Assembly: GCA_036149055.1 (NCBI GenBank)
Contig: JAYZQJ010000259.1
Location: forward strand, 1 to 18,121
Length of the DNA: 18,121 nt
Source: Myxococcota bacterium
Lineage (GTDB): Bacteria; Myxococcota_A; Polyangia; Polyangiales; Sandaracinaceae
Reading direction: 5' to 3'
Within the stretch, counting starts at the first letter, position 1; every line of letters starts with the position of its first letter. The notes below the pieces were generated by a model. The model saw only the letters and a list, made by a program, of their open reading frames with translations, was not told where the DNA came from and searched no databases. Below, piece by piece: positions 1-7,525 of the stretch. A program made the position numbers and the translations under genes.

Positions 1-71
1 GCGCGTCGGCGGGGGGTCCCTGACCCGCGCGACCGCGGACGTGCGCGGCGACTTCCACCCCCACCCCTGAC

Positions 72-185
72 GGAAACGTGGCGGCCCGGGTGCTTGGGGG
101 GGGGGGGTGCACCAGGGCCGCCAGAAATTGACATGACGCGCGGGTTTATGGGGGGGAGGGGCAACCCGCTGGGTCGCCAGGTCGG
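72..185 (-). ncRNA. Candidate small RNA (~110 nt) with two hairpins carrying C-rich loops
   Basis: Starts ~12 nt downstream of a sigma54 motif (196-211). Hairpin 1: 7-bp stem 140-146/163-169, loop GCCCCUCCCCCCCAUA. Hairpin 2: 14-bp stem with one mismatch 79-93/109-123, loop A-C12-AA, followed by a weak CGUUUCC tail. No convincing ORF. Ends are estimates. Confidence 0.45.
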
Positions 186-195
186 TTCTAGGTAT

Positions 196-211
196 TGCGA
201 CTCCCGTGCCA
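196..211 (-). promoter_or_regulatory. sigma54 (-24/-12) promoter
   Basis: Minus strand reads TGGCACG-GGAG-TCGCA, one mismatch from TGGCACG-N4-TTGCA with exact GG-N10-GC spacing; intergenic. Confidence 0.65.
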
Positions 212-343
212 GCGTCGCCAGCTCACGGATCGGGCCTTTTCGAGGGGTCTCGCGCCGCGCGATGCCGGAGTTGAAAGGGTGCGCGTTCAGATCCGAAAAG
301 GCGCGTCATTCCACGGCTGTGGCGGTGTTGCAGAACGATACGA

Positions 344-1456
344 TCAGGGGCAGTCGAAGAGCGCGTCGAGCGCGTCGACCGCCGCCGCGACGTCCACCGC
401 GCCGGGCGAGGGGTTGGCGAAGGCGTCGCGCAGGGTGGCGGCCGCGGCGGCGTCTCGCGCCTCGGCCTCCCGGTCGAGGGCCCGGCCGAGGGTGCGCGCG
501 ACCTCCCAGTGGTAGAGGAGCGCCGCGTCGTCGGCCTCGCAGGCCTGGACGAGCCGGCTCCGCACGATGGCGGCCACCCCGTCGAGCACCGCCCGGTCGT
601 ACTGGGCGCGCGCCCGGTCGCGGAGCGCGAGGTCGGTGGCCATGGTGTCGGGGTCGAGGTCGCGCCAGCAGCGCACCGCGAGCAGGCCGTCCCAGGCGCG
701 GTCGTGGGCCTCGGGATCCACCGCGCTCACCCGGCCGGCGAGCCCGATCCCGCCGCGCGCCGGCTCGCCGCCGGTGTAGTACGCGTAGGCCGAGTCGCAG
801 TCCTTGGCGGTGGTGGTGCAGGTCAGGCTCTCCTTGTAGGTAGAGACGTAGAGGAACCACAGGAGCGCCGCCTCGACGCGCGCCGCCTGGACGCGCGGCA
901 GGGTGTCGCGCCCGCCCTCGATGCCGGCCGCGAACGCGTCGAGGATCATCGGCGCCAGGGTCGACGGGCCGACGCAGTACTCCGGGTACATCGCGGGCAC
1001 TCCGTCGAGCGTGCAGTCGGTGCCGTCCGGGACCTCGAAGTGCGGGTCGTAGCGGCGCACCACGCGCGAATCGAGCCCCTCGTCGCGCTGGTAGATCAGC
1101 CGCCCCTCGAGGAAGTCCTCGGCGCTCGGGTCGACGCTCGGGTCGAAGAGGAGCGCGGCCAGCTCCTCGAACGCGGCGACCCGCGCGATGGTGCTGATGT
1201 CCTCCTGGATCCGGTGGTACTCGCCGTCGTCGGTGACGCACGCGGCCCACATGTCGTCGGCGCCCGGCGTGTAGTCGGTGTCGAGCGGCGTGCACTCCGG
1301 CGTCGGCGGGGTGGCCGCGAGGCCCTCGCAGGCGGGCGGCTCGACCGACGCGTCGGTGACCGTCGTCGCGTCGGGCAGGCCGCCGTCGCCGGGGGCGGGG
1401 TCGGTCTCGCAGGCGAGGCAGAGCGAGGCGATCGAGGCGAGCAGAAGGAAGCGCAT
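344..1456 (-). CDS. Lipoprotein (370 aa), putative iron-regulated surface protein (Fea1/imelysin-like?)
   Basis: Signal peptide ending LCLA-C16, GC3-rich codons, Cys pairs, helical body. Motif DCDSAYAYYTGG recalls the W-D-E-x-x-A-(F/Y)-Y-x-G motif of Fea1-like iron proteins. Fur-box-like site upstream. CDS is solid; function is inference. Confidence 0.75.
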   Translation of the reverse strand: MRFLLLASIASLCLACETDPAPGDGGLPDATTVTDASVEPPACEGLAATPPTPECTPLDTDYTPGADDMWAACVTDDGEYHRIQEDISTIARVAAFEELAALLFDPSVDPSAEDFLEGRLIYQRDEGLDSRVVRRYDPHFEVPDGTDCTLDGVPAMYPEYCVGPSTLAPMILDAFAAGIEGGRDTLPRVQAARVEAALLWFLYVSTYKESLTCTTTAKDCDSAYAYYTGGEPARGGIGLAGRVSAVDPEAHDRAWDGLLAVRCWRDLDPDTMATDLALRDRARAQYDRAVLDGVAAIVRSRLVQACEADDAALLYHWEVARTLGRALDREAEARDAAAAATLRDAFANPSPGAVDVAAAVDALDALFDCP

Positions 1457-1463
1457 GGGCGGG

Positions 1464-1509
1464 AGTGAAGCGCAGCCGAGGGCGCTTGTCGAGAGTGATT
1501 CTCACTCCC
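1464..1509 (-). promoter_or_regulatory. Fur-box-like operator overlapping a candidate leaderless sigma70 promoter
   Basis: Minus strand GGGAGTGAGAATCACTCTC (1509-1491) matches 13/19 of the Fur box GATAATGATAATCATTATC and contains the inverted repeat GAGTGA-N3-TCACTC. It is followed by TCGACA-N17-TTCACT-N7-ATG(1456). Confidence 0.55.
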
Positions 1510-1516
1510 TGCCGCG

Positions 1517-2149
1517 TCACTCCCGGGCGTCGCGGCAGCAGCGGAAGCCCTGGCCGTCGAAGCGCACCTCGGGGGGCTGGAAGGCGAGCGGGTCGGTGAC
1601 GCACTGGGCGGGCTTCTCGTAATTGGCGAAGGAGCCGCCGCGGAGCTCGCGCAGGGTGCCGGTCAGGTCGGCGCCGTCGACCCACTCGCCGAGGTTGCCG
1701 CTCAGGTCGTACACGCCCTCCGGGGTCACGCAGCCCTCGCGCGATCCGCCCGGCGCGAGCGCGCGGCCCACCACCGAGGTGCCGTCCTGCGCCGAGTTGC
1801 AGCGCTCGTGCTCGTACGTGTCGCCGTAGGGATAGAGGCGGCCGCCCTCCTCGCCCGGGCGCACCCCGGTGCAGGCGAAGTGCCACTCCTCGCGGGTGCA
1901 GAGCCGGAAGCCGGCCGCGCGGCAGGCGGCCACCGAGTCGTGGAACGAGACCTCGGTGGTCGGCATGCGACCGTTGGCCGGCACCGCCTCGCCCCCCTCG
2001 ACCACCGCCTCGTGCCGATCGATGCAGGCCCCGATCGCCTCGAGGTGCGCCATGCGCTCGGGGCACGGCGGCCCCGGCATGCGCGCGACCGGGCCCTCCT
2101 CGCCGCAGCCGGCGAGCAGGAGGGCCAGGGCGAGCGTGACCCGGCTCAA
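1517..2149 (-). CDS. Lipoprotein with FGE-sulfatase (SUMF1/EgtB/PvdO-like) domain, 210 aa
   Basis: C-terminal part of the 833-aa track ORF. TTG start overlaps the upstream stop (TTGA at 2149-2146); lipobox LAG-C15; family motifs RLCTREEW, YPYG, GVYDLSGNLGEWV, RGGSF, GFRCC. Confidence 0.85.
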   Translation of the reverse strand: MSRVTLALALLLAGCGEEGPVARMPGPPCPERMAHLEAIGACIDRHEAVVEGGEAVPANGRMPTTEVSFHDSVAACRAAGFRLCTREEWHFACTGVRPGEEGGRLYPYGDTYEHERCNSAQDGTSVVGRALAPGGSREGCVTPEGVYDLSGNLGEWVDGADLTGTLRELRGGSFANYEKPAQCVTDPLAFQPPEVRFDGQGFRCCRDARE

Positions 2150-5061
2150 TACGCCCAAGACGCGCTGACCGACTGCAGGATCGGACGCTCGGTGCCGGTG
2201 CGGGTGAGCCGGGTCTCCACCCGCAGGTAGCGGTGGTTCTGGAAGCCCGGCGGGCAGCTCGAGAGATCGGCGGGCGAGGTGTTGAACGGCCCGCAGGCCA
2301 CGCCCGCGTCGAGGGTCGCGAGGGTGTCGGCGGTGCGCGCGGTCACCTCGATGTCGGTGCCCGGCGGCTCGATCGACGTCCAGTCCACCGTCGTCCAGTA
2401 GGCGAGCGCGTAGCCGGAGTCGAAGACCTGCTCCCAGCGGCCCTCGGGCGAGACGAAGGTGCGCAGGAGGTGCCCGGTCATGTCGGAGTAGCTGTAGAGC
2501 TCCTGCCCGGCGTCGACCGTGTAGGTCCCGAGGTGCGCGCAGCTGGTGTCGTAGACGTTGACGGTGCCGCTCCCGAAGCGCGAGGGCATCCAGATGCGGC
2601 CCATGCGGTCCACGGCGACGCCGTGCGGGTTGGTGCCGGAAGGCACCGCGGCCCGGCAGAGCTCGGCGCCGGTCGTCCCGTCGATGCCGACGATCTGGTT
2701 GGTGCCGTAGGCCGAGCCGTAGATGTTGCCGCTCGGGTGCGTCGTCACCGCGGTGACCTGGCTGACCGTCGTGTTCAGCACCGCGCCGGTGGTGCGGTCG
2801 AGCGCGTGCACGGTGCCGCTCCCGCGCCAGCCGCCGAACCACACCCGGTTCGCGCCGTCGGGCGAGATGCCGTAGTGGCTCGGGTTCGTGAAGGACGTCT
2901 GGGCGTAGGTGGCGATGTCGACCCGGATGGTCGGGCTCGAGCTGGTCCAGACGTAGCCGTCGGGGTCGGCGGTGAGGCCGTAGATGTTCTGGCCGACGTT
3001 GATCGTGCGGAGCACCACGCAGGTCGGGGGCGTGGTGGTCGTGTCCACCATCGTTCCGCTGATGTGGTAGAGGTCGCCGTTGTTGTAGGAGCCGGCCCAG
3101 ATGTCGCCGTTGCGGTCGATGGCGACCGAGCGGGCCACGTTGAGCACCGGCGCCCGGCAGATGAGGCCGCCGTCCGAGGCGCGCAGGTGCACCACGTTGG
3201 ACTGCGCCGGGTCGGCGGGGTTGCTGCCGGTCATCGCGCGGTTGCCGACCCAGACGCTGCCGTCGGAGGCGACCGCGGTGCGCGACGGGTAGCGGCCGTG
3301 CGAGGGGACCTGCCAGTTCTTCACCCCGGTGCGGGTGTCGAGCTGCGCGACCTCGTTGCGGGCGGTGACCGCGATGTAGATGTAGTCGAAGTCGACGGTC
3401 GAGCTCCCGAGCGTGACGCTGCCCGGGTACATCGGATCCTCCTCGACGTCGTCGCAGGTGCGGCCGTCGCGCATGCAGTCCGCCGGCGTGCCCCACGTCT
3501 CGGTGAAGCAGGGCATCGGCGGGCAGGTGCCGCACGCGTTGACCACGCCCTCGTCGATGGCGCCGTCGCAGTCGGTGTCCATTCCGTCGCAGACCTCGGC
3601 CGGCGTGGGCCCGCAGTCGCCGCAGCGGTTGCGCACGCCCTCGTCGATCAGGCCGTCGCAGTCCTGGTCCTCGCCGTCGCAGATCTCGGTCGGGTCGCAC
3701 CAGCCGCAGGCGTTGCTCCCGCTCGCCCAGCGCTCGTCGGCCTCGCCGTCGCAGTCGTCGTCGACGCCGTTGCAGATCTCGGGCAGCGGGGTGACCTGAC
3801 CGCTGCACGCGCCCCACTCCGGGAACTCCATGCTGCCCGAGCAGGTCTGGGTGCCGGCGACGCAGCTGCCGACGCCCTCGGTGCCGGGCGGGCCGCCGTA
3901 GCAGGTCTGGGTGTCGCCGGTGCCGCACATGCAGCCGTCGTCGACCACCCCGTCGCAGTCGTCGTCGTAGCCGTTGCCGCACTCGTCGGTGGCCGCCGGC
4001 GCGCCGCAGCCGCCGCACGCGTTGGTCACGCCCTCGTCGGCGACGCCGTTGCAGTTGTCATCGCGCCCGTTGCAGGTCTCGGCCGCGCCGGGGTGCACGT
4101 CGGCGTTGGTGTCGTCGCAGTCGGTCGGGAACGGGCTGCCGTCGCCGTCGGCGTCCGCGCAGCCCTCGTCGATGCGGCCGTCGCAGTCGTCGTCGACGCC
4201 GTCGGCCGCGCCGCCCGCGCACTCGGCCCCGGGGAGCACCTGGCCGTCGCAGCTGCCCCAGCGGTTCTCACCGGTGGCCGCGTCCGCGAGGCAGTCGCGC
4301 CGGCCGCCGCTGCAGACCCCGACCCCGCCGGTGCCGAAGGGGCCCTCGTAGCAGGGCTGGTTGGTCGGCGGCTCGCAGACGCAGGAGGTGCCCGTCGCGC
4401 ACTCGCAGCGGTAGTCGCACTCGCAGTCCTCGTCGGTCATGCCGTCGCAGTCGTCGTCGACGTCATTGCCGCACATCTCGGTGGGCTCGGGCCCGCACTC
4501 GCCGCAGGCGTTCCGGAGGCCCTCGTCGACGGTGCCGTCGCAGTCCTCGTCGGTGCCGTCGCAGGTCTCCTCGCCCGGCAGCCGCTCCCCGCGGCACTCC
4601 CCGATCATGCCGGGCGCCGAGCAGATGGCGACGCCGTTGCGGCAGGCGCCGACCCCCGCGGTCGCGACGTCGCCGGAGTAACAGACCACCCGGTCGCCCC
4701 GGCGGCAGTCGCAGTCGGGCTCGTCGGCGGTGCCGTCGCAGTCGTTGTCCACCCCGTCGCCGCAGGTCTCGGCCACCCCCGGGTGCACGGTCGCGTCGGT
4801 GTCGTCGCAGTCGTCCCCGCTCGGGCAGTCGTCGGCGATGGCGGAGTGACCGTCGCGGTCGACGTCGACGCACGCCGCCCCGACCCCGGAGTCCTCCTCC
4901 CCGGCGTCGCCGATCGGCTCACAGACCCCGTCGATGCAGCGAGACCCGGCCTCGCAGTCGTCGGCGCTCTCGCAGCGGGTGGGAGAAGGGGTGCCGGAGC
5001 AGTCGCAGCCGGCGGCGAGGAGGACGCTCGTCAGAGCGAGCGTCAGGGTGAGGCGATTCAT
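2146..5061 (-). CDS. Large Cys/Asp-rich lipoprotein (971 aa) with MopE-like putative metal-binding repeats and a C-terminal Vgb-like beta-propeller
   Basis: Lipobox AAG-C19. Nine repeats of type CDGxDxDCDGxxDE, three CYxGxxxTxGVGxC modules, five NxCGxC linkers. Propeller blades (TAVASDGSVWVGN, VAIDRNGDIWAG, GVAVDRMGRIW) and a YSYSDMTG motif. Confidence 0.9.
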   Translation of the reverse strand: MNRLTLTLALTSVLLAAGCDCSGTPSPTRCESADDCEAGSRCIDGVCEPIGDAGEEDSGVGAACVDVDRDGHSAIADDCPSGDDCDDTDATVHPGVAETCGDGVDNDCDGTADEPDCDCRRGDRVVCYSGDVATAGVGACRNGVAICSAPGMIGECRGERLPGEETCDGTDEDCDGTVDEGLRNACGECGPEPTEMCGNDVDDDCDGMTDEDCECDYRCECATGTSCVCEPPTNQPCYEGPFGTGGVGVCSGGRRDCLADAATGENRWGSCDGQVLPGAECAGGAADGVDDDCDGRIDEGCADADGDGSPFPTDCDDTNADVHPGAAETCNGRDDNCNGVADEGVTNACGGCGAPAATDECGNGYDDDCDGVVDDGCMCGTGDTQTCYGGPPGTEGVGSCVAGTQTCSGSMEFPEWGACSGQVTPLPEICNGVDDDCDGEADERWASGSNACGWCDPTEICDGEDQDCDGLIDEGVRNRCGDCGPTPAEVCDGMDTDCDGAIDEGVVNACGTCPPMPCFTETWGTPADCMRDGRTCDDVEEDPMYPGSVTLGSSTVDFDYIYIAVTARNEVAQLDTRTGVKNWQVPSHGRYPSRTAVASDGSVWVGNRAMTGSNPADPAQSNVVHLRASDGGLICRAPVLNVARSVAIDRNGDIWAGSYNNGDLYHISGTMVDTTTTPPTCVVLRTINVGQNIYGLTADPDGYVWTSSSPTIRVDIATYAQTSFTNPSHYGISPDGANRVWFGGWRGSGTVHALDRTTGAVLNTTVSQVTAVTTHPSGNIYGSAYGTNQIVGIDGTTGAELCRAAVPSGTNPHGVAVDRMGRIWMPSRFGSGTVNVYDTSCAHLGTYTVDAGQELYSYSDMTGHLLRTFVSPEGRWEQVFDSGYALAYWTTVDWTSIEPPGTDIEVTARTADTLATLDAGVACGPFNTSPADLSSCPPGFQNHRYLRVETRLTRTGTERPILQSVSASWAY

Positions 5062-5137
5062 GATCGGGGGGCTCCGCGAGAGAGTCTAGCGGAACGGAAA
5101 AGTCCAGTCTGTGCCAATCGCCACGGCGGGGTCCCGC

Positions 5138-5428
5138 CTACTCGTCCTCGCGTCGCGCCTCGTCCCAGTTGCAGTGGTACGTGTCGCCGTGCTCGGCCCC
5201 GTGGTGGCCGCGGCCGACGTCCACCCTCACCGGCTCGCCCTCGGAGATGAAGATGTCGACCCTCACGTCTCCGATCCGCGCCCAGTAATAGCCCTCGTCC
5301 ATGTACTCGATGTGGAGCCAGTCATCGACGGACAGCTCGTCGAAGACCTCCTGGTCGGGCGCGTCCAGCGCCGGCCGCGTCCGCACCACCCAGTCGGCTC
5401 CGATCCGCCCTCTCTTCTTCTCGCTCAC
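5138..5428 (-). CDS. Small acidic hypothetical protein (96 aa), possible immunity protein
   Basis: Protein-like core FDELSVDDWLHIEYMDEGYYWARIG. GTG start at 5428 chosen because it overlaps the TGA of an upstream frame (GTGA); the track start is 5488. Confidence 0.65.
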   Translation of the reverse strand: MSEKKRGRIGADWVVRTRPALDAPDQEVFDELSVDDWLHIEYMDEGYYWARIGDVRVDIFISEGEPVRVDVGRGHHGAEHGDTYHCNWDEARREDE

Positions 5429-5500
5429 CAAGTCTCTCGTTTCCGATTCGATGCCCGCGCCGCACCCGGCCCACCAGGATTCGGCCACCGGCCCTCGGCG

Positions 5501-5836
5501 TCAGAGTACATGGAGATCATCGAGCTCGATCGCCCACTCGCCCGTCGGTGAGCGCGTGAGCACGATGATCGCCTCGAGGTCGCTGCGACCTTCCTCGCGT
5601 GTCCACATCGGCACGTCGGCGTAGATGGTCTTCTCGTCGATGCGGTCGACATCGGCCACCTCCCACACCGCGTCCGGTGGGTCCACCAGGGTGCGTCCGT
5701 ACTCTCGCACAGCCTCGCGGAGGTCGTCCGGCCGGTGCCGTGCGGCTCGCCCGTCGGCGACGATCTCATCGAACCGCCCCGCGACGAGATCGGCGATGAG
5801 GTCGAGGATCAGACGCTTCTCGTTCGGTCTCAGCAC
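5501..5836 (-). CDS. DUF7668-like small protein, allele 1 (111 aa), putative immunity protein
   Basis: GGAGG then GTG start shared by all three copies; motifs YGRTL, PMWTREEGRSDL and C-terminal DDLHVL. Family name recognised from memory. Confidence 0.8.
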   Translation of the reverse strand: MLRPNEKRLILDLIADLVAGRFDEIVADGRAARHRPDDLREAVREYGRTLVDPPDAVWEVADVDRIDEKTIYADVPMWTREEGRSDLEAIIVLTRSPTGEWAIELDDLHVL

Positions 5837-5954
5837 GCTGCCTCCCATGTGGTCCAGCCGCGACGACGTGTTTCATGCTCGGACGCTACGCTTCGACGGC
5901 GACGATGTTGGAGAGAGATACGAAACCATGGGCAGGTTGAGGGGAGCGCGTCGT

Positions 5955-6297
5955 GCATCGGTCGCCCTGCACCTGATCGGTCTCGAGAGACCAGAGGCGT
6001 GGATTCTCCGCGATGGCGCGCTCGACGATGGAGTCGAGGTCGACATCGTGCTCCGCGAGAAGCTCCCGGCGAACGGACGCCACGAAGGTCTGCGCCGCGA
6101 GCTCGGCCGCGCGGAGGAGGGACACCCTCTCCTGCGCACACCGCCATCTCCACGAGCAGAATCCCCTCGAGCTCGAGGACCGAGGTGCCAGCGATTCGCA
6201 CCGCCAGGTGACCTTCAGCGAACCCGTTCACCAGGACCGGATCTGCCGAAGGCCCCCAGTCGAGGATTTGGAAGCCGAGCGTCAACTCCGTCATCAT
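5955..6297 (-). pseudogene. Frameshifted small gene, copy 1 (DUF7878-like?)
   Basis: N-half MMTELTLGFQILDWG...EGILLVEMAVCA in one frame, C-half VSLLRAAELAAQTFVASVRRELLAEHDVDLDSIV in another (shift near 6125-6135). The stop seen in copy 2 is TGC here (5955-5957). Confidence 0.55.
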
Positions 6298-6322
6298 GCT
6301 TCACGCGAAGAACGCATCGGCG

Positions 6323-6658
6323 TCAGAGTACATGGAGATCATCGAGCTCGATCGCCCATTCGCCCGTCGGTAGACGCGTGAGCACGATAATCGCCGAGAG
6401 GTCGCTGCGACCCTCCTCGCGTGTCCACATGGGTACGTCCACGTGGACTGTCGTCTCGTCCTCGCGGTCGACGTCGGCCACATCCCACACCGCATCCGGA
6501 GGCTCCACCAAGGTGCGCCCATATTCTCGCACAACCTCGCGGAGACCGTCGGGCTGGTGCCCTGCGGCTCGCCCGTCGGCGACGATCTCATCGAACCTCC
6601 CCGCGACGAGCTCGGCGATGAGGTCGAGGATCAGACGCTTCTCGTTCGGTCTCAGCAC
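6323..6658 (-). CDS. DUF7668-like small protein, allele 2 (111 aa), putative immunity protein
   Basis: Same RBS, start and length as allele 1; about 14 aa differences from allele 1 (hand count). Confidence 0.8.
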   Translation of the reverse strand: MLRPNEKRLILDLIAELVAGRFDEIVADGRAAGHQPDGLREVVREYGRTLVEPPDAVWDVADVDREDETTVHVDVPMWTREEGRSDLSAIIVLTRLPTGEWAIELDDLHVL

Positions 6659-6775
6659 GCTGCCTCCCATGTGGTCCAGCCGCGACGACGTGTTTTCATG
6701 CTCGGACGCTACGCTTCGACGGCGACGAGGTTGGAGAGATACGGAACCATGGGCAGGTTACGAGGAGCGCATCGT

Positions 6776-7115
6776 TCATCGGTCGCCCCGCACCTGATCG
6801 GTCTCGAGAGACCAGAGGCGTGGATTCTCCGCGATGGCGCGCTCGACGATGGAGTCGAGGTCGACATCGTGCTCCGCGAGAAGCTCCCGGCGAACGGCCG
6901 CCACGAAGGTCTGCGCCGCGAGCTCGGCCGCGCGGAGGGACACCCTCTCCTGCGCACACCGCCATCTCCACGAGGAGAATCCCCTCGAGCTCGAGGGCCG
7001 AGGTGCCAGCGATTCGCACCGCCAGGTGACCTTCGGCGAACCCGTTCACCAGGACCGGATCTGCCGAAGGCCCCCAGTCGAGGATTCGGAAGCCGAGCGT
7101 CAACTCCGTCATCAT
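6776..7115 (-). pseudogene. Frameshifted small gene, copy 2 (DUF7878-like?)
   Basis: ATG 7115 to TGA 6776 spans 340 nt (3n+1). Same frameshift as copy 1, near 6940-6955; C-half ends ...NPRLWSLETDQVRGDR*. Confidence 0.55.
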
Positions 7116-7140
7116 GCTTCACGAGAAGAGCGCATCGGCG

Positions 7141-7476
7141 TCAGAGCACATGGAGCATCTCGAGCTCGATCGCCCATTCGCCCATCGGGGAACGCCTGAG
7201 GACGATGCACGCCTCGAGGTCGCTGCGACCTTCCTCGCGTGTCCACATGGGCACCTCTGCGTAGACGGTCTTCTCGTCCACGCGGTCGATATTGGCCACA
7301 TCCCACACCGCATCCGGGGGATGCACCAAGGTGCGTCCGTATTCTCGCACAGCCTCGCGGAGCTCCTCCGGCCGGTGCCGTGCGGCTCGCCCGTCGGCGA
7401 CGATCTCATCGAACCGCCCCGCGACGAGATCGGCGATGAGGTCGAGGATCAGACGCTTCTCGATCGCTCTCAGCAC
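7141..7476 (-). CDS. DUF7668-like small protein, allele 3 (111 aa), putative immunity protein
   Basis: C-terminal part of the 210-aa track ORF; GGAGG then GTG at 7476. About 16 aa differences from allele 1 and 23 from allele 2 (hand count). Confidence 0.8.
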   Translation of the reverse strand: MLRAIEKRLILDLIADLVAGRFDEIVADGRAARHRPEELREAVREYGRTLVHPPDAVWDVANIDRVDEKTVYAEVPMWTREEGRSDLEACIVLRRSPMGEWAIELEMLHVL

Positions 7477-7525
7477 GCTGCCTCCCTTGATGTCCAGCCG
7501 CGACGACGTGTTGCATGCTCGGACG

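Noticed and set aside
96..107. G12 tract as a phase-variation switch
   Set aside because: Not in a credible CDS or promoter spacer; it forms the loop of a 14-bp hairpin, so it is treated as part of the RNA candidate.
1517..4018. 833-aa ORF as a single gene
   Set aside because: Only the last 210 aa are protein-like and start with their own lipoprotein signal; the rest is an off-frame of the 971-aa gene.
5102..5116. TGGCAC as a sigma54 site upstream of the 971-aa gene
   Set aside because: The -12 GC is missing at the required spacing; a lone TAGACT (5083-5088, minus) has no clear -35.
5919..5941. Short inverted similarity to 8208-8244 in the CXXC gene (ctcaacctgc ... ggtttcgta)
   Set aside because: Two short matches needing a ~20-nt gap, weaker in copy 2, and better explained as the start of a truncated gene; probably chance.
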